This document shows, piece after piece, positions 1 through 11,559 of a DNA stretch of 64,000 nucleotides. The stretch spans positions 1-64,000 of the forward strand of contig MU619321.1 of assembly GCA_025201805.1 (NCBI GenBank), read 5' to 3'. Each line of letters opens with the position of its first letter. The stretch's first letter is position 1. The translations under genes and the position numbers were made by a program. The notes under the pieces were generated by a model, which searched no databases, had not been told where the DNA came from, and worked only from the letters and a program-made list of their open reading frames with translations. The stretch comes from Parasitella parasitica NRRL 2501. Taxonomy: Eukaryota > Fungi > Mucoromycota.

Positions 1-325
1 TTGAGTGTTTGTGTGTAAAATCTAATCACTGGTGCTTGTTTTGGACACCTAGTTGCTAAAGCATCTCCAGTAGTTAGGATTTTATCACTCAAGTTGGCCA
101 TGGTGTAAGAAGTCCAACTGTGAATCTATTCTTACTTTTTTTTGATCCACCCATTGGCTTCTGGCTAATCGTACGAGTTGGTTGTTGCTCGTAGTATAAC
201 CCAGTTTCATCGAAGTTCAAGATGTCCTTCGGATCATAAGGCTCTAAAAGTTTCTCAATCTTTTCGAGCTCCTGAATAATGTTGCTAGAGGTAAGATCGA
301 CAGAGCTTTCTTCGCCATTACAGGT

Positions 326-721
326 TGTTATAGATCAGTATAAACTGATCATCACATAAAAAGAATCTCCGTAAATTGTATCAATATGAACTTCAAATTA
401 CCCAGAATATTCCACAAAGATTACAATCGTCAAGACCAGGCTAGCATGGATTTAAGAAGACGTAATCCAATATCAAGAACAAATAGAAACAACTCCAACA
501 CTCGTCAAATCTGCCATTGGTTATCTCTTTATCAATCCTTGCTGCCAAAACGTCCTGGATGAATAATCCAATATAATTTAGCTTCAAATCCATAATCATT
601 TACCCTTGGAAAACTAGTATAAAAAGATAGTTTTTAATTGACATTTGATGAGCTTCATCTAAAAAATAAATAACAGTTTTAAAAAGTATTTTTTTACATA
701 TTTTTTACTAGTAATTTCACA
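326..721. mobile_element. Solo LTR, family A (internally deleted copy)
   Basis: TGTTATAG...TAATTTCACA termini; 5-bp TSD CAGGT at 321-325 and 722-726; homologous to both ends of 2851-3770. Confidence 0.88.
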
Positions 722-898
722 CAGGTGTCTTGACTTTACACCAATCCTTTTGAAAACTTTAGTCAACCACCCTTCAGAGAATGTGATTCTACGACTTGGA
801 GGCAGTTCATTCATCTTGTATTTTCTGTTTGCGATCACTTTTGCAAAAGTTGCAACAGTTGCGCGATTTACAGGAATGGATTTTTCATTCATACTTTG

Positions 899-1109
899 TG
901 TTATGTCAAAAGTCTGATAAAATAAATCTGCCAAAGAATTACACCTTTATTCATAATACATCTCTCGATGTATTATATACACATTCATTACACTAGGGTT
1001 CTACTGTCTAGCTGCATAATGTAAATCATGACTACCCATGATTTACTGTAAGACCCTGGGACTGATCTGAGATCCTGATGTGAGACCTTGCCATGTTATT
1101 GATATAACA
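899..1109. mobile_element. Solo LTR, family B (211 bp)
   Basis: TGTTAT...ATAACA termini; 5-bp TSD CTTTG at 894-898 and 1110-1114; removing it restores the transposase frame ILQYIQSMNEK. Confidence 0.88.
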
Positions 1110-2850
1110 CTTTGAATGTACTGCAGGATGTCGTTGTCTAGTGAGGGAATTGCTGTCTCTTTGCTGCTTTTTAACTTGGTATTGCCGTTTGCATACAACT
1201 TGAAAATCTTGTCCTTTGCATACAAAACGTTCGAGATGGTTTTTGGCTGACAGGCTTAGAAAGGTTGAATTTTTCTTGTGCCCACTCGCCGAGTGCTTTT
1301 TGCAATAGTTTAGGAAACTGAGCATTATGCATACAGATTTCGTACTTTTGCTTGATAGTGAGACGCTCTCTTGATTGTTGATTAATGCTCATAGTATAAT
1401 TGTTTGTCAAAATATGCTTTTTTAAGAATAAAGAAGTAAATGGATCAGATTGGACATGTGTCAAATTAATCTAATAGCTATAGTATCAACTATACGTGTG
1501 ACTGTTTTAAGAGTAATAGTCACATGCACTATATAAGGCTAAAAAAAGCTTGCAAAAAAAGTAGCCTTAAATCGAGCGGCTACTGTATGCAATGATATTT
1601 TGGATCATTACAATCAAGCCCAATGATACGAGGTGATTTGAAGAACAGCAATAACGTGTAAATCTAGTGCTACATTGACAGATCAGTGGATACTTAAGAC
1701 CCATCATTATGTTACTATTACTTCTTTTCCTCTTCCCCAAACTTTTTACCAATATCTAATTACCAACATTTTCCATTCTGCGACTTTGGTAATAATGAAT
1801 CATTCATCAAGCTTGCAATAATTATTAACTATCAATAAACAGTTGGTTTTTATTTTTGAATACCTAAATCACAAAAGCTCAAGAAACTAGTCCCACAAAT
1901 TAGAGGACATTTAGCTTTGATCTTATTTCATTAAGCGCAGAAAGTGTTATTTTGCACAAGTTGGCCCAATAAAATTATGATTATTGTTATGCGCAGAGGA
2001 TATATAAATATGATCTGCTCAAAAAAATGTATAATTTTATAAAAATAAAATCAGACACAAAAACTAATGACTTTATTGATAAGAAAATGCCATCTTTTTA
2101 TACTAGATTATATCTATTGTGACACTATTTGTCATCATGGTTAAACATTGAACTTAGTATGTAATACCAAGTTTATTACATGTTCTACTGTACATTAATA
2201 GCTTATTCCTTGTCATTGTATACAAAGAATTACCAATCTAATAATTGCTTAATCTCATGCCTTTCTGGCACAACAATTATAAGTTCTACAGCAACAAAAA
2301 TTTCTACTCGGCGCATTCTTTACATATAGTATCATAGTACATGCCATTTTTTAAAAAAAATTATAAAAGCTCTTTTTTTAGTGTTATTGATGTGAACTAG
2401 TAGTTCACAGAAAGACTGCCAGTAACTGGCAGTCTTTCACACATCTTATTTGGAATTAGTAAGACATTTCTTTATTAAGAACCGTGTTCTTGAGAACAAC
2501 ATTGAACATGACAAATATCACCATTAACATTCAACATATAAAGACAATTGTACACCTTTGTGCTCCTTATGAACCACAATCGTTACTGCTTTCCCATGAA
2601 GCCTAAATTGGAGACAATCCAGTTACTGCATTAGTAGCATGAAATATACAGATTATATTTTATACAAATACTTCCAAGATCTTTGAACTTGATAGATCTT
2701 GGCTTACATTTTTAAGTTTGAATAAATATCGAAGAGTTATAATTGTATATCCTTTCCGCTTTTTTTATTATATTTTTTTATCGCAGTTATGACAGAAAAC
2801 AAGATTACTTCAGATCATGCAAACTTTGAGCCTGAAATATCGTGTATACC

Positions 2851-3770
2851 TGTTATAGATCATATCAGTATAAACTGATTGTCACATAAAAAGAATATCC
2901 GTAAATAGCATAATATGAACTTCAAATTACCCCAGAATTGTTTAGGATACAGATCAAATCTTAGCGGTAATGTATTATACTCTGAATAATACATCATAAA
3001 GCGAGCATGAGTAGAAATGCGTAGTAGAATGGAATGACTTTATTTAGACATGGCAAAGAGACATAAGTGGTAACATTGAATGGCGAATCTTTATCCCAGT
3101 ACAAAGTGGTGATATCCTATGACATTTGGTTCCTGAGGTCGGTGTTTAATCCTGATGAATGTTCTTCCATCAAAGCTACCAGGAACAACATTCTATCCTT
3201 TATACGTATCTATGCTCTTGTCTTACTGGTAACTCGGAAACTCTTATCCACCAAGCTCCTAGGGATTGGTTCAAGGTGTACCCAATTATCCCTCATCCTA
3301 GATCATGGTCCTATTGCTGCGGCACTGTCAAATAACTATAAATACCTTCAAAACATACACTAGTTAAATCGGCATTCAATCTTGGAATAGCAAAATAAAT
3401 ATATTCAGTTCTAATTGTATTTTTCTGGCTATATTTTGTTATTCTAAACAAGAATATTCCACAAAAATCACAATCATCAAGACCAAGCTAGCATGGATTT
3501 AAGAAGACGTATTAGAATATCAAGAGCAAATAGAAGCAACTCCAACGCTCGCCAAACCCGCCATTGGTTATCTCTTTATCAATCATCTTGCTGCCAAGAC
3601 GTCCTGGATGAATAATCCAATATAATTTAGGTTCATATCCATAATCATTTACCCTTGGAAAACTAGTATAAAAAGATAGTTTTTAAATGACATTTTGATG
3701 ATCTTCATCTAAAAAATAAATAACAGTTTTAAAAAGTATTTTTTATATAGTTTTTACTAGTAATTTCACA
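2851..3770. mobile_element. Solo LTR, family A (920 bp)
   Basis: TGTTATAG...TAATTTCACA termini; 5-bp TSD ATACC at 2846-2850 and 3771-3775. Confidence 0.88.
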
Positions 3771-3906
3771 ATACCTTTTTATTTAAGAGTGTATAGCGCG
3801 TGTTGTCATTTTTTATCAAACCTTAATGTACTAATTAACCATATTCTTGTCATAGAACAGGTTTTGCACATTCGCTCATCCGCTTGATCGTCAATTTCGT
3901 GATATA

Positions 3907-4116
3907 TGTTAAATCAATAACATGGCAAGGTCTCACATCAGGATCTCAGATCAGTCCCAGGGCCTTACAGTAATCATGGGTAGTCATGATTTACATTATG
4001 CGGTTAGGCAGTAGAACCCTAGTGTAATGAATGTGTATATAATACATTGAGAGATGCATTATAAATAAAAGTGTAAGTCTTTGGCAAATTTATTTTATCA
4101 GACTTTTGACATAACA
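3907..4116. mobile_element. LTR family B copy, inverted relative to 899-1109
   Basis: Reverse-complement similarity to 899-1109 over its whole length, with TG...CA ends; flanks ATATA and GCCAT do not form a TSD. Confidence 0.8.
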
Positions 4117-4868
4117 GCCATGAGGATTCCCATCCAAACATAAAATAAAACAACATCATAAAAGTATTTTATTTAGTGTTTTCTCTGATTTTCAAAATTC
4201 TTCAATGTGCATTGCAACATTGATGAGATGCAAATTTTCGTACGCTAAAATGATTATGTGGAACTTACTTTGGCCCTGGAGCGCGTACATTATTATGCTC
4301 TCTAGTGCATCAATATTGCTAGACATAAACTTGTAACCTTAAAGTGAATTATCATTGCAACAATACAATGAGAGAGCGTAATCAACAAAGTGCATTCATT
4401 TAAAATCAATCTTCAAACACTATTTTGGATGCAACAAAAATTTAAAAAAATTATGAGACTAGTATAATTTTGCATTGTTTAGCTTGTGCTGTCTGGTTTA
4501 AACGACCCAGTTTGAATAAGCTGACCCGAGCTGGCCCAAAAGTCATTAACCTCGTCTTATGCCCGATTACAAACTTTACTTGAACCGTTACGACTAGCCT
4601 GCGTTAATAACTGTATGATCGGTACATATTTGAGTTGCTGCAGTAGATATTCGAAACAAATATTATGCATAAACTTGAACCCCATTTCTAGGAAGACTAA
4701 TAATTCTTTGTTCCATTGCAGATCTTTGGTGGGCGGCAGTATGGAATGATCGGGAACAAGAGTTACTTGATGCGGGTGACCGGTGTCAAATGTTACTTAC
4801 TTTCCTTTATTGCCTTTTCCTTTTTTTTCTTTTTTAGTGTGCTGTTGATTTATATACCAACAACTATC

Positions 4869-5925
4869 ATGTCTGGAGAGCAAGATTTTCAAGGTAAAAG
4901 TTTGCACACATTTGAGCAAACTGTTACTGATTAGCTGTTTACAGATAAGCTCAAGGCATGTTGCAAAATGTGCGTCGGTTATCTTGAAGATTTAAAAAAG
5001 GATAGAGATGTTGACACACCGGACTTCAACATTGTTTCATTTCAGGAAACTATGGGTAAACTAGCAAATGAATAGAGATCCATGCAAGCTACAATGTTAA
5101 TATGATTAGCAATTAGCCAAGTTGGGCCAAATCCTTTCACATAATGCCACAAAATTTACATTGTCTTGCAAGCCGCCTCGCAAACCTGAAGACTCGATCC
5201 GGATGATTAGTGAAATGAGCAACACGTTGTATCGTATTGTTGGATTTTACAACACCATCCCCAATCATTGTGGCAAAGTTTACAAGAAAGCTTATCAATC
5301 CAGTGTCCGGGATTTACTACACGGCATAATTAGTTTGTGCACTAGCTTCATGTCAGAAGACGCTAAAGAAGAGCATCAAACACCATTCATGGTACCCACT
5401 GCTGCTATTTGGGAAATCTGTAAGGAAATGGAAGACTTGCCAAAAAACAACAAGGATGCTGTTTTATCCAAGTGGACTAATTTGCGTGGTACATTAGAGG
5501 ATGCTAAATCCGAAGTGCATGAAATTGCATCTGGAAAAGACAGTTCAGAAGGATTCGATGATTACGAAGAGGAAGATGAGGAAACAAATCTTAGTGAAAA
5601 AGAACTAGAAATTGCCAAACAATGTGCTAAATTGGTCGACATGGCGGTGTTTGTCATGCAAAAGATTGAGCGTCGCTGTATACGTGAAATCCAGCAACTC
5701 TCCACAGAATGGCTTGACAATGTGTATGATTGCGCCCAAAAACTGATGGACCAGACTGACATGCTTATATCAATGATTTACGAAGAAGATGCAATGACTT
5801 TAGAAGAAGAAGTTGTCAAATACATCCACCAATCTAAAGCGCTTGTTCAGCTTGCCAAGCAGCAGGCATTGGAGGAGCACGCTGCTTGGTTTGCCATGTG
5901 TGAAAATAAATATGATTCCATGTAA
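4869..5925 (+). CDS. CCNDBP1: Cyclin-D1-binding protein 1 (GCIP family) homolog, 2 introns
   Basis: [32 protein letters not shown] and TLEDAKSEV followed by an acidic linker match the GCIP family; GT-AG introns near 4894-4943 and 5056-5116. Confidence 0.72.
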
Positions 5926-6020
5926 AATTTATTACATAAGGTTATAAAACATCCTTGCCTTTGTGTGTGTGGAGATGAAGAGGGTATATACGTAAAGATT
6001 ATCAAGAGAGAGAGAGCGCG

Positions 6021-8909
6021 TTATTTACTTGATGATGTTGATGGAGATGGTGGCAATAGCAGCGAATGTGTGTTTGATATTGCCACACCTTTTTTGACTT
6101 TTAGTAAGCCATCAAAAGACTTGACGAAATGTTTAGGACTTGTTAAATCAATCGAGTTTGTACATGTATAATCTATCATTTTAGGATCCTCCAGGAGCAT
6201 AGAGAAATGTTTAGGAACCTATAATATAGACGGTAATATAAGTACATTACGGTACTATGTCGGATTTAGCGTGCATACTTTGAAGAATCTTTCATAGTAC
6301 TGGATCATTGTAGAAATAACCCATATCTCACCATGACATGTCGAAATATCCATTAAATCGTATGTTTGCTGCTTTTTCTCCTGACTAGCATACAAGATGT
6401 TGGGTGTTATCACCCGAGCAAGGTTTTCGAAATCCATCTTGTTAACGGCAGAGTGCTGAGCCACCCAGTGTAAAAGAGCCAAGATGGTCAGCAGTATATC
6501 CCTATTAGGTTTAGGCAGTATGCAAACAGCATAATGGATTATATTCAATGCTCCTATTAGCGTTGTTGCTTTGCTAGACATGATGAATAGTTTGTATAAC
6601 TTGAAGCTGAGGAGTGGTTCCGGCAATTCCCTCAAAAATCGCTTTATGAATGCAGCCAGCTGTATACTGGGCAGGTTTCTGAAAAAGTCGGCCCAATTTT
6701 GACGGTTTGGCTGCGAATCAAGTGCTTCGCACATTTCTTTGAGGCCCCGGATGTTGCCATTTTTTCGAAAAATGCCTTCTGTGGTGATCCCCTGATCGAT
6801 GAGTGCAATTATACAGTCTTGCAAGAAACTAGGCACCAGCGAATTCGGTGAAAAGCATGAATCGACAACAGGACACTCGCTCTTCCATTTCTCAAATGAG
6901 CTTGAACAAGAGGATGCTTGAGATTTAAGCGATCCGCTGCTGAGATTGTACAGCGAAACTCCAATTTTTTTTTCAAAAGTGGCAAGTGATGGCAACGGTG
7001 GTGGCGGACACTCTGCAGTAGGAGTCAGTATATGTGTCTTGAGTTTGCCCCATAAAGATACCGCAGGCGATGATGGCTTCTTGCTCGATATGTTCAAAAG
7101 GTCTTCGAGTACAGGATCATCTACATGTGACTCGATGTGTAAAACAGCAATGTGACGAATGATGCAGTCTTGCTTAGGATCCAGTTCAGGCAACGCAATC
7201 GCAGTGCTGATTTGGTTGTTGGTAGTAGCTGTGCTCGCAGTAGGAGGTGAGAGTGGAGGCGTCGTATGGTATCGATTCAGCTGTTCTACATCAGGCAATG
7301 AGATGTACAGAGGCTGTGTAGTTGTGATGCTACTGTTAGCAGATGAATTCTTTCTGCGACTCGTTGTGAGTGCTCTTTTGAACGTCTCCATCCTGCTGAT
7401 GGTCCTTGTATTGCTTGCTGCACTGTTGGATTTTGATCTTGACAGAGTGTTTTCACTGATCATCTTTAGGTGGCTAGTGTTTTCAAGAGAAAGAGCAGGT
7501 TCTTGTTGATATTGATTTATCGTGGGTTTATATAATAGCGTTTCATCAGGACTTTTACCTAAATATAGGTTCATTATGTGTAACAAAAAGTGAACCATGA
7601 CATTTTTTTTTTCTTTACCTAGACCCAACGCAAGACAAAGTCGACTTGTAGTCATATCCAACAGTTGTATGCAATGATTCAAACAAGGTAGATTCAGTGA
7701 TTTCAAAATTTGTTTGTCAGAAAACAGAGCCAGCATATCATCGATAATATCAACTCGGATGCTCCGTTCCTATAAAGGGGGGTCAAGATGGTGGTGGTTG
7801 TTAATTAACTCTATATAATAATATTACCAGTATCATTGCCTGCTGCAGTCCAAGTCTCACAAGATGTCGAATATTTGTGGATATTTTATTGGCAATTTTA
7901 ACCCTGTTTTGTGTAGAATGTGGCAATTCGCATGTTGCGTCTATCAAAAGAACTAGCCAGTTGGTCAACGATTCGACATGCTTGACACACGATACTTGAG
8001 TGGCATATGCAAATAACAGATCCATCACACTAAACAGAACGTTGATCTGGATAAACAGTGATTGCCATGTACTTAAAAGTTGATCCGGATGATTGGATAT
8101 GGCAATATTTGATATTATACGAGATGATTCATCTTCAAACTCGCTTACTACATTCCATATTTTAAAGCGAAGATTTTCAACATTCTGCTGCATCAGCTCC
8201 AACTGTTGTCTATTTGTACAGTCATACGATAACTGCAGATCGGTCAATTGGACGAGATAATATTTTTTCATCATATAGCATTCCGTATGCCAATTTTCCA
8301 GCTCTTCACTCTGATCAAACACTGTCTGTCCGCACCCAAGACATGCTGTTCCTTTGATCAACGAGTAATGGTATCGGCAATAAGGTCGGCCGTTGTAGCT
8401 GTACAAAAATTGTTGCGATTGTTGCAGAAACGTCTTTTTGTCGCTAATAACACAACCAGGACATTTCAAGCATTGTGTGTGGTATTTCCGGTCGTCCATG
8501 ACTGAAAATTCATCGTTGTATATTGTGTCGTGACACGAATGGCATTTAAACTTTACATGTTGGTAGTAATCTTGTTGACACGAAATAAAATCCATCATGT
8601 CAATTGGGAGCAAATAGAACTTGTAAAGCACTGATAATTGGTAAAACCAGCAAGAAAAACAGGAAAAGAAAGGAGAGAGGCCGTCATTAATTTACTTGTA
8701 ATACATACGACGTCCTCGTGCTATTTTACTTTAGCCACAACAGAAATTGCTTCCGAGCGAAAAGCAAGATACCCAGGTTTCCAGGCATATGTGTAATCAC
8801 TTACACTGCATCTAAAACACTAGTGGTGATAAATGTTGCCAATTGGCCTTACTGTAGAAGGGTCTCCCCTTTGATATTTGATTTTGCAGCAATGACAACG
8901 ATAATACAT
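6021..8909 (-). CDS. LIM-domain Rho GTPase-activating protein (Lrg1/Rga1-like), spliced; 5' end uncertain
   Basis: RhoGAP motifs EGIFRKNGNIRGL, KRFLRELPEPLL and NKMDFENLARVITPNIL; LIM Cys/His patterns in 7801-8631; last exon ends with TAA at 6021; the putative first exon has an in-frame TAG. Confidence 0.85.
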
Positions 8910-9033
8910 ACGACAAGTAAAGATGGACAATATACGGTATACATTTATCCAAAAAGTTTTTATAAATCTTTTTTTAGGTTGTAAAGAAGCTGTATGTGAA
9001 TTTGAGTCTATATTTTATCAATATACGCTTTGA

Positions 9034-11559
9034 TTAGCAAAAGCAGAAATTCCGAATAACAAACAAACAAACCTCGTCCGTTGGTGGTTTAGGATTGCTT
9101 AATGTCATGAGAGCTTCCTCGTTCAACGGCAAATGGACCCGCTTGCGCTTTGATCTGGTTCTTGACTTGGACGGCTTATCGATAGGTACAATCATTTGCT
9201 GGATGTAGGGAACATACTCCATCATAATTATTTGCTCGTTTGGCTGAGACACTTGTCGGAAAGGCAATAATCGTTCAATTGCTTCCCTGCAAGCGCCATA
9301 GTGAATAGTGCTGGCATCACATAGTTCATCCCAATGGCTCTCTTCATCCATGATCCATTCAACACTACAATTGTTCAACACTGTAGTAATACATTGCATC
9401 TCCTTATTGATGTGCTTGTGCGGGTTATCTTCATCATCTTCGACACACAGTGTTGTATAACCATTCAGCTGGTCCTGGCCACTTTCCTGCACCATCGTGC
9501 CGCGCTCTTTCCACTGTAGCCATGTGTCCAGGAACGCATTGTTCTCTAAAATCCTCTCAATGTCGCTCAAGTCGGCCGTATCTTCTTTCTTGACATACCC
9601 ATCCAATTGCTGGTAAGATCGACCCAAGCGAAATGTATCAATGGCAATTCTGGAGGGAGTACATCTTGACTTGGTCTCGACCATGTCCATATTCCTGCTT
9701 ATTCCTAGATAATGTCCAAATATACCTTGTCCAGCATACAGTTCGAGTGTCTGTATTAGTTGTCGGATGTCCCTTCCTAAAAATGCGACCAGGCAAACCA
9801 GATCCGCTGGATCAACTGTATATCCTTCAGTAAAACACATCAACCACAGATACGCCAACAATTCATTTTCGGTCGGAGGTCTCATATCAATGATAGCCTG
9901 CAATGACATGTTCTCGACTGGCACTTGCTTTGCATCTATGACATTGCCTGTATTAGCATTTAAGAAGCATAAACATAACAATGCTGTTTTACCATTGCAT
10001 GTCATTATGATTGGCCGTTTACTATTCTGCGACAATTCAACCACTGATGCCCAAAATCCCTTGTCTTCTTCAAAAAGTATGTCAACTTCCTCTAATAGAA
10101 TCAAACTTTGTTTGGTTGGTGGTGACGATACGGGTAGTGCAGAGGGCGTCTTTTTTTTCACTAAAAAATCCTTCAACATTGGTTTTGTGGTGGTAGTTGT
10201 CGTTAAATATGGCGATCGAAGGCTAGGATTCAGTTTCTTTTTTTTTTTCGTCTTTGTAGCTGTGCTGCTGCTGGTGTATTGTTTTTCCAAAAACAAGGAT
10301 GATGTCGATGATGTTGATGCTGACGATGCATTGCCAAACGCAACTAAATGGCTCTTGGTCATTTCGCCTACTGCAGACATGATATCCCTGCCCGACCTTC
10401 TCGACCCCGCGTTGATTTCAAATACTTGGTAATCCATCTGTTCTGCTATAGTGTACACAGATGCAGTTTTACCAATCCCATGATCGCCCACCAAGAGTAT
10501 AATATTTGATCGCATCGATTCCTTTTTTAGTTCTTTTTTGCTGCTGGGGCCGATCATAAAGTCTTGGTCGTTGTCGTCCTCGAACAAAGTTAAGCTTCTC
10601 AAAAACGTCTCTTCATCGTCAAAATCCATGTCGTGTTGCATTACAAGCTTTTTGTGCTTCTTTTTATGGCGCTTCTTTGAATTGTCGGCTGAAAAAGTAG
10701 GTGCTGACAGCGGCTCAACTCTCATTTGATGCAGCCAGTCTTTGATGTATCGATAATTGTGTCTTTCGCCCAGTAGCCCATCTAGATGTTGTGGTCTGTA
10801 CTTTTCGTTCCATTGCTTATTGATGTTGTTGGCACGGCAATTTTTTTCAAAAATGGATTCCAGTAGCATCACACAAGAGGAGAAGTTTTGCCAGTTGGGG
10901 AAATAATTGTCAAGTAAGGCTTCCACCTCATCCTGCTTTGATACTTGTGACGGAACTTTGACGTATCCGTTGCAGCTGTTTCTGCTGTTGCGGTTCTTTC
11001 TAGTATGTTTGCACTGTCGGAAAAACTCAAGCTGATGATTCTTGACATATTGCTGTATGTCAAATGTTGTGGGTTTTCGACATTTGATTAAATTGCTAGA
11101 CCTAGCTTCAAATATCCTATCCGTAATATGGCCGTGGCCAAAGATTTGGCGATTCATTCTGGAGAATTCATGGTCGTTCCTTTGCTTCTTCTTTTGTGCT
11201 GAATGTCCATTGATTTTCTCGTAGTCTTCCTTTTCCTGGTACTCTAATGCATCCGAGTAAAACTTTGGTTTTGCGCTTGGAACATAATAAGGTGTAGAGC
11301 TTTCTCCTTTTTTTATGTAGCCATCAAAAGATGGTGCCATTTTGTTGCGGTCGTGCTTTTGCTCTTGTTCTTGTGCTCGTTGCTGCTGAAGTCTGGTTTT
11401 TCCAAGTGTTATTAGTGGAGGAGAGAGCGTGTGCACAGGCGTTGCAACTGTTGAAATTAGTCTATTTGGGTCATCAGGTATAGGTGTGGGTGGCGGGCTA
11501 CTTTTGTGTGGCTTTCTAGGTTGGAAGAATGGATGTACGGCTTGTTTTGGGTTACTCAT
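9034..11559 (-). CDS. ELG1: Elg1/ATAD5 RFC-like clamp unloader (AAA+)
   Basis: KYRP box, Walker A GDHGIGKT, VFEINAGSRRSG, LILLEEVDILFEEDKGFW, SKRPIIMTCN; probable 57-nt in-frame intron at 9936-9992. Confidence 0.85.
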   Translation of the reverse strand: MSNPKQAVHPFFQPRKPHKSSPPPTPIPDDPNRLISTVATPVHTLSPPLITLGKTRLQQQRAQEQEQKHDRNKMAPSFDGYIKKGESSTPYYVPSAKPKFYSDALEYQEKEDYEKINGHSAQKKKQRNDHEFSRMNRQIFGHGHITDRIFEARSSNLIKCRKPTTFDIQQYVKNHQLEFFRQCKHTRKNRNSRNSCNGYVKVPSQVSKQDEVEALLDNYFPNWQNFSSCVMLLESIFEKNCRANNINKQWNEKYRPQHLDGLLGERHNYRYIKDWLHQMRVEPLSAPTFSADNSKKRHKKKHKKLVMQHDMDFDDEETFLRSLTLFEDDNDQDFMIGPSSKKELKKESMRSNIILLVGDHGIGKTASVYTIAEQMDYQVFEINAGSRRSGRDIMSAVGEMTKSHLVAFGNASSASTSSTSSLFLEKQYTSSSTATKTKKKKKLNPSLRSPYLTTTTTTKPMLKDFLVKKKTPSALPVSSPPTKQSLILLEEVDILFEEDKGFWASVVELSQNSKRPIIMTCNGKTALLCLCFLNANTGNVIDAKQVPVENMSLQAIIDMRPPTENELLAYLWLMCFTEGYTVDPADLVCLVAFLGRDIRQLIQTLELYAGQGIFGHYLGISRNMDMVETKSRCTPSRIAIDTFRLGRSYQQLDGYVKKEDTADLSDIERILENNAFLDTWLQWKERGTMVQESGQDQLNGYTTLCVEDDEDNPHKHINKEMQCITTVLNNCSVEWIMDEESHWDELCDASTIHYGACREAIERLLPFRQVSQPNEQIIMMEYVPYIQQMIVPIDKPSKSRTRSKRKRVHLPLNEEALMTLSNPKPPTDEVCLFVIRNFCFC

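Larger units (their letters stand above)
1..1392 (-). mobile_element. Degraded pogo/Tigger (CENP-B-like, DDE_1) transposase, interrupted by two solo LTRs; runs off the window's left edge
   Basis: Joined fragments read MSINQQSRERLTIKQKYEIC...LGEWAQEKF (HTH-psq-like), DNDILQYIQ|SMNEKSIPVNRATV...FSEGWLTKVFKRIGVKSRHL (Tc5 HTH-like), then GEESSVDL...YDPKDILNFDETGLYY (first DDE Asp motif). Frameshifts are present. Confidence 0.88.

Noticed and set aside
3067-3363. 98-aa ORF
   Set aside because: Lies inside a solo LTR, starts with GTG and has no recognisable motif.
9767-10432. 221-aa plus-strand ORF and similar antisense ORFs (20487-21017, 23140-23634, 26195-26680)
   Set aside because: Antisense shadows of well-supported genes.
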